From Paragordius varius (taxonomy: Eukaryota > Animalia > Nematomorpha): a stretch of DNA of 64,000 bases. The stretch is from NCBI GenBank assembly GCA_964247055.1, contig OZ176053.1, positions 1,302,001 through 1,366,000 of the forward strand. Reading direction: 5' to 3'. Numbering within the stretch: the first letter of the stretch is position 1; the number at the start of each line of letters is the position of its first letter. Below the pieces are notes generated by a model. It was not told the DNA's origin and made no database searches. It saw only the letters and a program-made list of their open reading frames with translations. Of this stretch, positions 1-12,439 are shown in pieces. The position numbers and the translations under genes were made by a program.

Positions 1-3000
1 TTTTTTCATGTTTAAAAAACTGACGGGTAAATATAAACTAGTTCATCGCCGAAAGAAATGACCGAATCTGAAGATGCTTTTTCAAAATTCAGCTCAGCCA
101 CTCACCTTTATATAAAAAATCATATCATAAACACCGGATTTGTGGTGATATAAATATAGATAGAATAAAAAATTACATATATTGTTTGAATAAACTCTCA
201 GAATAATTAATGCCAAAATATTAAAGGTTAAAAGCGCCAAATCATACAACATAAATTTTTAACGATATTTTAGCTTGTAATCTATGTGCACATTGTTCTG
301 GTACCCTTTTAAATAGTGTTAAACCAAATAGCCATGGATATATATAAGTACGATAAAATAAGATTTACTTTAAAAGTTTAACCAACGAAGCTTCAAATAT
401 CGGTTTCGATCCGGTCGGAAAATAAAATTTTACGTAATTTTTTGTTTCAAATTGTTCATTAACTACTTGTTCGGTAGAGTTGATTAATTGGGTAGAATGA
501 GAATAAGGAATGGCGTCTTCTGTCATTTGGTTTCGCAGCAAATAATTTTGCTGCAAACTCACGTTTATAAGTGTGGAAAATGATTGTGTTGTTAAGTTTG
601 GGTTTTCCCGATGATCTTTAAAATAACAAATTAATTATGATAAAAAACAACAATATAGACAGTAATTAATATACTACCTACCTGATAGCTCAAACAAATC
701 ATAGAGAAAAGTGAGCACACATTCAGAAAAAAGGAGAGATTTCGAATTTTGGATCAAATTGCCAAAGAATTTGTATGTCACTTCTCGCCTGAATATATAT
801 ATATATATATAGTAAAAACTTATACCAAAACGTAAAAATATAAAGACAAATATTTTTTTTCAAAAAAAACAACCATATACTTTTAAAACCATATTTATTT
901 ACAATCCTAAACTACATTATTGATTGTGCTACCAATTTAGATTTCCATCTTATATATTTTGCAGTTTAGAACAATCATTTATATTTAATAAAATTAAGAT
1001 TAAAAAATTATGGTTGTCTTTATATTTTTACGTTTTGTCCGTATAATATCAATTTTTACTGTATATATGCACATACTTGTTCATAGAGATATCGAGTTGA
1101 GATTTATCAATACTTTTAATGCCATTCCATAAACTTTCCAATATTGATGTGTTTTCTTCAGTTAACGATAAGTGCTTGTTGATAAGTGCCATACATTTCA
1201 CAATGTTGAGATTAATGTTGTAAGTAATGATAGATTCTTCCTAAAAATTATTAAAATATTAAGATAACTTCTTGCAAAGACCCTTCAGCAAAATTAAAAT
1301 TTATAAAATAAATGGAAAATTTTTATTTTTAGTATTAGTTTTGGCTTGCAAATTAAAAAACAACTGTTTTGCAAAAAAAATTATTTTTTATAAAAGATTA
1401 TATAATTGGAAAAGCGAAATTCACTAATATATATTCCATTGTTGTAATATTAAAAATAAATCCAAATTTAAATGTTAAATAACAACTTTGTTATCCATTA
1501 TTAAAAAATTCGTTTTTGATACTCAGAATTATATAATCATGGAAACCTCTGTCATTTCCGCGCCCATAGATTTCTGCAATCGCCCAATAAAATTGGCGCA
1601 AACATTCTCCTCTGACCATTGACTTAATAGGGTTTTGCATTTTGATTGGTGGGATTCTTTGGATGAGTTTTGTATTAATTTGAGTTTTTTCTGTTCCTGA
1701 CTAAGGAAAAGATTTCCCTTTGTGGCATCTTTGGGCAATGTCATTTCCAACATATGGAGATATTCATTCAAGAGATAATCGAAATGCTTACAATCCAAGT
1801 CCTAACATAAATTTATATTAAACTAAAACTTTAAAAGAGTTAAATAAATAAAATATCAATCGTACCAGATCTGTTGAAAATAGTTCCTTAAACACAAAAA
1901 TTTCGAAAGGGCGACTTAGTTTTCGCAAACTTTTTCGAAGTTGTTCTTTGGCAAGATTATGATTTGAGCCCTTTTTATCCAGAGAACTATCATTGTTTAT
2001 TCTACGTTATGAAATTTTTTTAAAAGTAAATGTATATTACAGGGTTCATGTTAAAAGTTAATACTTTCTCAATTTATTGTTTAATTTTTTGGACTTTAAT
2101 TGTTTTCGTTTAGATTCTTTCGTATTTTCTGCATCTTTCTCATGGGTTGTAGAATTAGCATCAATTAGGTGCAAATAATTTGTAATGTTTAATAAGGGAT
2201 CACTCTGGCCGTTATTTTCCTTCTCTATGGTGTGTGAATGCAAAGGAAACAGTATATAAAGTTTTAAACGCGTAAAAAATAAATGATTACTTGAGTTAAC
2301 ATATTTTCCTGAGATTTTATGGCTACTTTCGCATTCTAATAATTGGAGATAATCTCTAAAAGTGTGAAACAACCCATTTTTATTACCATGATTGTTGTGA
2401 TTAAAATTGTTTGTTAACGATAATTTTTTATGCGCAGGAGGCAAAGTTAAGGTGTTAAGAATTTCACAATGAACTTTTTCCAACGAATAAAAGGTAGGAT
2501 AGAGTTCAAGTTGATCTGAATATTCTTACAAAAGAAATCATAGAAATATGAATCAAACTTTACAGTAAAAACCGAAATTATACGGACAAAACTTAAAAAT
2601 ATAAAGACAAATATTTCATTACTAAAAGACAACCATACTTTTTAAAACTTAATTTTTTTTAATAACGTCTTGTTTCAAACTATAAGTATGAGATAAAGAC
2701 GTTTATTGATAACACAACCCATTATAAAATTTGGAATTTAAAACAACCATATATATTTAAATAGTTCAAGATTTAAAAAGCATGGTTGTCTTTTAGAAAA
2801 AAATGTTTGTCTTTATATTTTTACGTTTTGTCCGTATAATTTCAATTTTTACTGTATTTAGTAAATACCACTACACAATCTACCATTTAAATCTATAAAT
2901 GTGGTAAAATATATTTGAATAAACTACCGATAGTTATATCCAAAAAATTAAACAAATCTAGGAAAGATTGAAATTATCTTAATCTTTGCTGCAAATATTT

Positions 3001-6000
3001 CCGTAAAATATAGTACTTTGAAGAGCATTTATGATGTATTCTTCAATTTCCATTAGAGTACCTAATCTTTCAATCAAAACTTGTTTGAGCTTTAAGTGTA
3101 TGGATAAATGACAACAACCATTAATAATCTAACGTTAAAGAAAGTGTAAAAAACCTCTCGATACCAATCGGAAGCGATTTGCAAGAAACTCAAACAACAT
3201 TGAATTCCTTCCAAATTATTTTTTGTTTCCTTTCTATTTTCAATGCCAGTTTGTGAAATGTCAAAAGTGGTTCCCTCCTCGTCACGCAGTGTGGGTCCAA
3301 CTTTATAGGACAAATTATTACAATATTTAAATAAATTAGAAAGCGTTAAAAAAGATATATATATACCCACCATCATTCAATGTTTGCTCTTGAGATATTA
3401 TTTCAAAAATATGTTGTAATTCAGTATAGACAGTTGATTTAAAAGACACCCCTAACCCTAAAAAGGGTAATATTACATCCAGTCGATTTGCCTTCAATGC
3501 TAAAAACAAAAACAAACGAATGAAACAGGCATATATATATATGAATATTAAAATGCAAACAAACCATGTTTCCATATGCCGCGGAATAAATAAATAGGTT
3601 CCAAATTTATAAAGGTATCTGTATGATCTTGAAAACTATTATTGCTTATATTTTTAGGTATCGGGCTAAAGTTTATGGTCATATTTGAAATATCTGGGTT
3701 AAGCAAAGGCGTTTTATTAGGTTTTTCCTTATTTTTTTCAGTCATTTCTCTCAAGGCTAACTCCAGAATCTTTCTATGACGGGGTTTCAATTCAAACAAC
3801 AATAAATGGTTATTTTGAGTTTGTGATGATTGTGACATTATTAAGTATTTGGCCAATAAATTGTTGAACCATTCTAGTAAGAAAAAAGAGTTAAATTTTT
3901 CATTTGTGGTCAGAATGTCTAAAATAAGTATTTTGTGGATGTTTGAGAGAGAATCCGTGCATATCAAATTGGATAAAAATCTGAAGCATTCCATAGAGGC
4001 GATGTTTTGCTTTGCATCCATTTCCTCACTTAAATAAAATAGTTTGCGTTTAAAAAATCATTTTTTAACTTTACAATGCACTATATAACTAATACTTTTG
4101 AGAGAGGGAATAATCGTTAACATATAAATAAGCCGCTTGTATTAAGGCATAGAGCGTAAAACAACACGAGTTTCCATAACTGTTATTGTTGCCATTTAAT
4201 AAAGCCAATTTGCAAGATTTCGTATTATTGATTTCAGTTGGATTTAAATTTTCTGTCAGAACGATATCGTCACAACAAAGTTGAGTTATATTAAGATTAA
4301 GGGCCTGGCCTAAAAAATCAAATTGTCGCATAAATTGGGACAGAGAAGATAATTTTGACTGTTTTGGTGGATGGCAAAGGCATTTAAGAAGTGTGAAGAG
4401 ATGTGGATACATTGATAGGGGTAGTTTGACAGATATATCAATAACTTTCTAGTAAGAAAAACAAAAAGAAATTAGAAATATAAGAGAAGAATATCGAAAG
4501 CTAACTACGAAACCTGTCTATAATCTTGTAGTAATGAGCCATCTTCTGAAGAATCAAATAGATTGTCAATTAAATGAGTATTGAGCCTATTATTATGATC
4601 ACAACAAGGTGGAATGGTGGATGAGATTAAATGCGTTAGCAATCCAAGTAGGTGATATGTTGAATCAATGCTCTTCGTGCAAGTAATTGCCTCAAATAAG
4701 GCCAGTAAACATTTCTAAAAACGGTCATTCATTAATCAAAATAAATAACATTTAAGCTAAATCGAAAAAGTATATACCATTTACAGTTCAAATTCACCCT
4801 TGAACAATTCAAATTCACCCTAAAAATAAATTATGTGTTTTCGAACTAATATAACTCTTTATTAATATGAAATATATCTTTATGACATAGTTTATTATTT
4901 TTTCAGTATTATTTCAATTTAATACAAAATTTTTATTTTTTAGAAATATATAAAAATATTGGTAATTTTTAATCTTAAAAAACATATATTTTAGTTAGGA
5001 GTAAATTTGAATTATTTAAAGGTTAATTTGTGTTGTAAATGGTATATATATGCTAACTTGTTTGATAATATTGGCTACATCTTTAGTTTGCATAATGCTC
5101 ACATAAAAATATACTCCAAAGTTCCCATCGAAATTGCTAACATTTTCATTTTCCATTTCCCTGTGCTGATTTGAACTGGAATCGCCCTTTTTACCTTTGA
5201 AATTTATATAACAAGCAAATAGTAAGCAATTATTAATCATGCCGAATAAAAACAATATTAGGACCTAGAATAACAATATTTAAAAATATTTTAGGCATTA
5301 TGTATAAAAAAATAATTAGTGGAGACTTCTTACTATTTAAATAGATTTGTCTGGCTAATAGTTCGGTCGAATCTAAAAATCGTTCCAAAAGATTGGGGAA
5401 AAATTGGAAAAAATCATTCCATAAAGTTGTTTTAAAGACATTTTTTCCTACTGAGTTGCTCTTTGTATTTTGTTCAGTTTGATCACTTTGTAAAGATTTG
5501 ATATTATCAGCCGGTTTCAATCCAGCCTCCTGGGCCAACACTAAAATAAGCAAGTCCAAAATCTGTTTTCCACGAATCGCAAAAATTAAAATTAGTCTTT
5601 TAGTTCTTACTTGACTCAAAAAATATAATATAAATTACATGTAGAGACGATGAGGGAGAGCTTGTATAAACGTGAGCACTTTTTTGCATTATAAAGCGTC
5701 CAACATTGATTGAAGTTTTAAACAAATTCAAAAATGTTTCTGCGATTCGGACAAAACTAAAAAGAGTTACCATTTTAAAGTTATTTATGAAATAAAGTAT
5801 TATAATTTAACACAAACCATTTATTACGCATATTTAGATTTTGTTCATCATTGTTTGATGTCATAATAAATATTCTTTTATTTTCGGCACACAGAGCTTG
5901 GTAAAATTGATTGTAGATTCGTTCTATTCGGTTAATTGTTTCAATTGGGATTTCAAAAGAAATTTCATTGTTTTTGCCATCTTTAGAAGAGGAGACATTA

Positions 6001-6910
6001 ACACTTTTGAGTGATTGATTTTTAAGATATGACAACACATATTGTGTAATTAAGTTTAGGGCTAAAGTATGTTCATTTTCCGTCAAATTCAGTTGAGGAA
6101 TAATTTTGATCAAAGAGGTCAAAATCTTATTTTCTAACAAATTCTCAACTTTTTGTGACAAATCAGATTGAGGAGATTCGTTGGTTTCGATATTATTTGA
6201 AGTTATCTGCGCCTCAAACGTTGAAAGACACAAAATTAATTGTTCGACAAGATCAAGGCTATATATCTCACCCATACTTTCAAATATTAAACTACTATAA
6301 AAGGTAATTACATACCCAATATTTTCTATAATAAGTAAGGCCGTTTCATTTCTGTTTAAGATTTCGGGTAAAATTAATAAAAAATCTTTTTGTAAAATAG
6401 GATCAAAGTGCTGAAAATTGGCAAACAAAATTGATACAAATTTCTGCGGATAAACGATATTATAAAACTTGTTCATCATATATAACGTTTGTATTTCGAA
6501 TAGCATTAATTAGATTAGCATGTCCCTGTTTTGAAGCGTGAGAAATGATATACCGTAGAAGAATCGGTTGAAATTTGAAGTTACCTAAAAGTATGGATGC
6601 GATCGAATGCATAGTTTCTCTATAAATTAAAACTTAAAATACTCATTCCCAAAAACAATCGGGTTAAACAATTTATTAAATTGAGAAGCTACAAAATTTT
6701 CCGCTTCCTCGGCTAACTTATTATCAGTGAAATCGTAAGTGTCCAATATTTCAATGAAATTTTCAATGTTCCCTTATATATAATATTATCCAAAAAACCT
6801 CTAATTATACGCGGTTCAGATAAGTCAAAATAGTGCTTAAAAAACTTTTCTACAGAATTCTCCGAATAAGTCCCTTTGACTGATGATGTTGTTTTCGTCA
6901 ATCTCACCAT
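1..6910 (-). CDS. FANCD2: Fanconi anemia group D2 protein, copy 1 (multi-exon; 3' end lies outside the window)
   Basis: Exon ORFs 6713-6910, 5781-6506, 5233-5619, 4089-4412, 3548-4021, 1529-1798 and 365-562 are colinear with copies 2 and 3. 'FYNIVYPQKFVSILFANFQHFDPILQKDFLLILPEIL' resembles human FANCD2 '[37 protein letters not shown]'. GT..AG boundaries are visible for several exons. Confidence 0.85.
810..1061. mobile_element. Tc1/mariner-type MITE (FANCD2 intron)
   Basis: Degenerate TIR (C)AGTAAAAA…ATACGGACAAAACGTAAAAATATAAAGAC, TA flanks. Confidence 0.75.
2563..2854. mobile_element. Tc1/mariner-type MITE (FANCD2 intron)
   Basis: ~85-bp TIRs CAGT…ACTG flanked by TA on both sides. Confidence 0.85.
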
Positions 6911-6987
6911 AAAAATTTAACGATGTGGGATTATTTCATGTGTTTTTGTGGGCTTAAAAAATTACTTATCAAGACGATCTTGACCGA

Positions 6988-7739
6988 CAATGACAATGAC
7001 AATAACACGGGGTGCACCCCTTTGTACAATTGGTGAACCAATTGTCAGAGTACCGTGAGCTATATAAGTATTTGGAAAAAACCTTTTAAAACTTTTTCTA
7101 ATAAAATTTTTATGATTGCAAATGTTATATATATATTTATATATATATATATTAAAATACTATTATGATAAATTTTTTACTGTAGGTTAGTGTTATTAAA
7201 TTATTATATTAGAAATAAAAAGGAATTAAAAAAAAAATACCGTACATAACCTGCGCTTTGGAAAGGACATTATTGTTTGATTTTTGGAACAGAGGTTTGA
7301 TATAAATAGAGTTGTTGATAAGTGACAATAGTTTTAATTAAATGAAACGTTAACGACAAAAAACAATTATGATTTAACCGAGCAGACGATAACCCAAATA
7401 AAATTTATAAGAATATATGATTAAAAGATTATTAAAAATATAATTTAATAGAAAAGGGTACTTATCTTTGATTTTCCTGTGGCATAGGTACTGTTCCCCT
7501 AAACAACTGAAGTTTTACGGGTGACTCAATTTTTATTATAAAAGGATTCATTTACGAGTACCGTAAAACTTCATCAGGGTAATAAGCCTCTTTAGATTGC
7601 ACTCTTTTCAAATGAAGAATCATCCATATTCCTAAAGTATAAATATATAATATGTATTTGCTGGCTTTGGTATATTCTTCTAATATCCAAAAGGCAGACG
7701 ATTTCGACCGAATCGCGAAAAGTCCACGATCTTGACCGA
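6988..7739. mobile_element. 752-bp segment present only in unit 1, bounded by the 14-bp direct repeat ACGATCTTGACCGA; possible non-LTR-type insertion on the minus strand
   Basis: Repeat at 6974-6987 and 7726-7739, with a single copy in unit 2 (~33599-33612). A (CAATGA)n tail lies at the left end. No recognisable ORF. Confidence 0.5.
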
Positions 7740-8175
7740 ATCGCCTGATTTTTCATGAATAAATAATCATAATCAAAAGAGATGGTTTAAATGAACTTGT
7801 GCGTTCCATGTGCAAAATTTTAAATATATCATATTTGTTGCAGGGATTTAGCGCATGTATATAAAATAAATTAAACTATTCCAGCAATTCCGCTGATTAA
7901 ATAGTTAAAGAGAGCATATAATAAGGAATTGAGCTGACAAATAAAAACAGAATTAATTAAAAGGAAAATCTAAAGACACGCCTAGCTGTCCATAAAATTG
8001 TTAGTTTCTGTAATTTGCAATTTGAAACACCAGAGTACATATATGGATGTAACGGGTAATTTCATTTCCTATGATTGCAATCAGAAAAAAATTTATATGA
8101 TAGGCTGTTTGAAACAACAAATTCGAAGGCTCTAGGCCTTTTTCTCCTATGGCAACCAGGGATCGGGACGTGTGA

Positions 8176-8601
8176 ATCAATACTACCAACCAAGATTTGT
8201 TACGTGAATCAAGTAGCGAATCGAAGGGATCTTTTACGAGGTAAATGTATTTTTTAGGTGTAATGGGATAAACTCCGCGGGAAAAGCGTACATTGCGGAA
8301 TCCAGAAGCCGTGGACAGATCAAATGCCCTGGATTTGGGACTGGACGATTGATGGAGCGACACAGGAAGAGGAACCTACTAATTACGAAGTAATCTTAAT
8401 TTTTAGGTCTGGGTCGACTTTGGCACATTGGGAGGAGGGATCTGTTGGGATTGGGCTCTTAGGAACGCCCAGATGGGGAGAAGGCAAATCGAGCCTGGAG
8501 CGGATGGATGGCAAGACGCAATAAAGGATCTCATTCGGGATGATTGCACAACAAACTCTCATTATCCTTGTGGAGAGTTTTTGGGCGAACAGGCTCTCTA
8601 A
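8176..8601 (+). pseudogene. Unidentified GC-richer, Trp-rich coding remnant with two 17-nt GT-AG micro-intron candidates (8241-8257, 8390-8406)
   Basis: Removing the second 17-mer joins 'WDKLRGKSVHCGIQKPWTDQMPWIWDWTIDGATQEEEPTNYE' to 'VWVDFGTLGGGICWDWALRNAQMGRRQIEPGADGWQDAIKDLIRDDCTTNSHYPCGEFLGEQAL*'. An in-frame TAA at 8261-8263 precedes this. Confidence 0.4.
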
Positions 8602-8757
8602 TGGGAGGAATAAATCCTCTCCTTCACAAGGGTGGGAAAATCAGCTCTTATTATTTGGAAGGAGTTGTTTTCCTAACTTGTGTGAAGGAGGAGGATTTAT
8701 TTGTCCCATTAAAGAGTCTTTTGCCCAAATACTCTCCACAAGTATAATGAGAGTTTG
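8552..8757 (+). other. ~206-nt imperfect fold-back (long hairpin)
   Basis: 'caaactctcattatccttgtggagagtttttgggc...ccttcacaag' pairs with 'cttgtgtgaaggaggagg...gcccaaatactctccacaagtataatgagagtttg'. Inner stem ggaaaatcagctc/gagttgttttcc. Confidence 0.9.
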
Positions 8758-8767
8758 AGTCAGGCCC

Positions 8768-8833
8768 CTAAGTCCAAAATTTTAATTTGAGCACTCTTAC
8801 TCCCGGACGCTCAAAAAAAAATTTTGGACTTAG
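8768..8833. other. 66-nt hairpin (23 of 25 bp stem, 16-nt loop); second copy at 34629-34694
   Basis: ctaagtccaaaattttaatttgagc / gctcaaaaaaaaattttggacttag. Confidence 0.85.
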
Positions 8834-8861
8834 AATATTTTTTAATTTTTTTTTCGCCCTT

Positions 8862-8880
8862 GGGGGGGGGGGGGGGGGGG
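8862..8880 (+). repeat. Poly-G tract (19 G; 20 G at 34723-34742)
   Basis: Directly visible. Confidence 0.9.
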
Positions 8881-9953
8881 TTATATATATTTATTGATAT
8901 TTTTTAATTTTTTTTCAATAAAAAACATATTTAGACAACATTTATTGAATAATTTATATAAAAAATATTAATTTTCCGTTAGGTTATTCTTATTTTTCTG
9001 TCCATTTGTTGTTTATAAATTATCAAAATGATTCTTGATTTCTGTCGATTGGTTGTATTTGTTTATAGAATATCGTAACTAATGTTTGATCGTATTTTCT
9101 GATCTATAAAATATTAATAGATAAAATTTAATGTAATAAATACAAATAATTATTAATCAGCTGTTTTTACTTGTTTTTAGCCTGATTGTGGTTCAAGTAA
9201 ATCTTTTTAAATATTAAAACCTCAATAAACCTAAAATTTAATATTATATAAATTAAAAATTACAAGTAATAATAGCGCGCTTTTATCCTTACAAATGACA
9301 AATATATTAGATGTTTCAAATTTTATAAACAAATTTTTGTGGTTTTAATAAAATCAAGCCTTTTTATAATATAAAAAGATATGTGGGTGTCGGTTGAGGG
9401 CTTTTAAGTAAAATTTAACTTTATAATCAAAATGATATTTTTGAGAGAGCGGTTTTTAATACTAATTTAGGTGATTTGTATCAAAGTATAGGAGTTTTTT
9501 AATAAAATTTAGCGGTTCTTTCAAGAAAACTGCTTTTTTCAAATAAACCTTCACGATTTTTAACCAAAAATAGTGTTTTTTAAATAAAATAGCTAATAAA
9601 AAAATCTGGTGGTTTTTTAATCATTTGGCTGATTTTAAAAAAATATATTAAAAAATCTTGTCTAGTTTTTTATTAGAATATAGTAATAGTATTTTGGATA
9701 AGTATATATTCTCTAAACTAAAACAATTACATTATTTATGAAATTTCAAGATTATCAAAATTTTCTTATTAAATGTACTATTTTTGAAATATTGTAAATA
9801 AGACCTAAACCAAAATATTTAAAGTTTAAAGATATCAGACGTTTTTATCCAAATTGTGGTTTTTAAAAAGAAAATTTTATGGTTTTAGGAAATTTAATTT
9901 TTTATGTTGCAAACTCAAAAACCCAAACAACCCATATATAAATTAATATAAAG

Positions 9954-10029
9954 AAATGCGCGGACTTCTTTAAGATAATGAACCAACTCCAATCCCTCAC
10001 CCTAACCCTAGCCCACAATCTCGAAACCC
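9954..10029 (-). repeat. G4/twin-hairpin ~115-bp element, inverted copy with internal deletion
   Basis: 'ccctcaccctaaccctagccc' present; the hairpin part is deleted between two TGCG microhomologies relative to 35901-36013. Confidence 0.85.
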
Positions 10030-12439
10030 TTAAAGTTTAAACCAAAAATGATATAAATTTTACTCAAAAAGGTAACAAAAACAGCTGAAAACGAATAATT
10101 ACATAATATATTATGCTATATAGAACACACTGAAAATAAAAGAAAAATTGGATTAAATTGCGAATTTTATTAAGAAAAATTAATATGTATTGTTGTAAAA
10201 ATCGAGCGGTTTTTAAATGGAAATAAAAAATTTAAAAAAACAAACTTAGCTCTTTTTTAAAATAAAATTAGGTGTTTTTATATATGATTAGTTGTTCTTC
10301 AGAAATAAACCTTAGATTTTAGCGGTTTTAAAGTATGACTCAACAGTTTTTTAATATTTAGCTGTTTTTTAAAAATCGGATTTTAAAAAGGTTAAGTATC
10401 TTAGAATTTAGCGATTTTTAATAAAAAAATTTATCGGTTTCGTAAAAAACTTCAGTTTTTTAACAAAAAAATAGGGTTTTTTAAATAAATATTAGCTGTT
10501 TAATAAGCATATTTCAAGGTTAATCAAAGTTACCCTTTAATAAAAAATAGGTTTTATATATAAAATTAAAAAAAGATTTTTTGAGATTTATAAAATATCA
10601 GCTAATTTAAAAAGATTTAGTAATTGTTAAATATATAACGGTTTTTAAAAAGAATTGTGTTGATCAATTTAGCAGTTTTCGTAAATAATTTAGAGGTTTT
10701 ATGATAGCTATTTGCAGTTTTAGAAATATTTAGCTAGGTTTCAATAATGATTAGCTATTTTTGAAAAACTCTTATTATTTAGCGGTTTTAAATAATGATT
10801 TAACGGTTTTTAAAAATAAATTAGCGGTTTTAAAAAGAATTGTGGATTTTAATAATTATTGGTGGTTAAATTTAGTGGTTTTTCAATATATAATATTTTG
10901 TTAAAAAACCTCAGCAGTTTTTTGATAAAAATTTAGTATTTCTTAGATTTGCGGTTGTTTAAAAGTTTAACGGTTTTTAATAAAAAAAAATTTATGATAA
11001 ATAAAAGAATAATAAAATTTAGCGGTTTTTATGAGAAAAATATGTATTGATATATATTAGCGGTTTATAAAACGTATTTAGAGGTTTTTATATCAATGTT
11101 ACAATTGGCGTTTTAAAAGAAATATATCCTGTATTTATGTTGGTGGTTTTTCAATAAAATTTAGTGGATCCAAAAATCTTTTATGGGTTTTTTAAATTCA
11201 AGTAATCCTCTTTTTTAATATTGTGGTTTTTAGAAAGTTTTACCAATTTTTATCTAATAATTTGTTTATTATTTGATGTTAAAACAAATAAATGAATAAA
11301 ATAAAAAATAATTGATTTATTCATCACAGTTGTTCCTTTTAAAATACAAACAACAGTCAATAAAGCCACCTGTTTTTACTTAGTCAGCCGTTTAGAATCA
11401 AGTGTTTATAATTAATACAGCCATTAAAGTTATTCTTATTTAAATGATGAAGACAGCTGTTTTAGTATATTTAATTAGATTGTTAAATCAACCGTTTTTT
11501 TTCAAAAGCATGCGATTAATAAACAGATTAATAAAACCAATGATTTAATATAACAGCTGATTAATTAAAAATCTGATTAACTAAATAGACTGATCTATTA
11601 AAAAAACTTATTAAATAAACATGTGGTTAATAAAAACAAGGATTAATAAAAAATTATAAAAGAACCTTAATATGAACACTTGGGGTTTCAAAAACCGATT
11701 AATAAAATACAAATAATAATTACCAAATTTCAAAATAATCGATTTTCCTGATCAGATTTTGGGCAAATAACTGAGGCAACCAACAAATTCTAAATTAAAA
11801 AAATGAAAATATATATATTAAAATAAATTTTTTTAAAAAAGGCCTAGTTTATAAATAAAGGATTAATTTTAACTCTTTTGCAGAAAATGTTAGCAGATTT
11901 CAAAGAGTTGTTTTAAAAGAATATTAGCAGTTTTAAAAAAAATTTACTAGTTTTACAAGAATTTCCCTGTTTTAAAAAAAATTTAGCGCTGTTGTAGATT
12001 TTAAAAAAAAATCTAAAAAGTTTTGCGGTTCTTTTAAATTATCCTTATTATTTTTTGAAAGTAATCGTTGTTCATATAATAAATAAATTAATAGGAGAAA
12101 ATAATTGATTACAATGGAGACAGCTGTTTTAATTAAAAATGATTTGTGTATGTCAACCGCCTATTTATAAAACAAGTAATTTAAAATAACAGATTAATAA
12201 AACAACTGATTAATAAAAAAAAACTGATAAAAATAACTAAAAAACAGTTGATTAATAAAAACAAAACTCATTAAACAATAAAAAAATTTAATTAATGATT
12301 AAAAATGATGAAAAACAACTGATATAAACAGCTGATTAATAAAGAGAAAACAAATTAAACAAAAAAAATAAAATAATTAAAACAAATGATTAAAAACAAA
12401 TGATTTAGCTAATTAAACAGCTGATTAAAATCAACGATT

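Noticed and set aside
7508-7580. Hammerhead ribozyme (CTGATGA on the minus strand next to a stem)
   Set aside because: The required GAAA after stem II and the closing stems are absent; CTGATGA overlaps the stem itself.
8001-8363. Minus-strand 120-aa ORF (and 33868-34224) as a gene
   Set aside because: No recognisable homology, and the splice-like signals and protein-like frame are on the + strand.
8264-8601. Naming the Trp-rich peptide (faint echoes of C-type lectin 'C-x5-Y-x-C', STT3 'WWDYG' spacing, Nup96 'WEWAI')
   Set aside because: Key catalytic or structural residues are missing in each case, so the similarity is not distinguishable from chance by eye.
8862-8880. Functional link between the G-tracts/G4 motifs and FANCD2 amplification
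   Set aside because: Attractive because the FA pathway handles G4 stress, but co-location alone gives no evidence.
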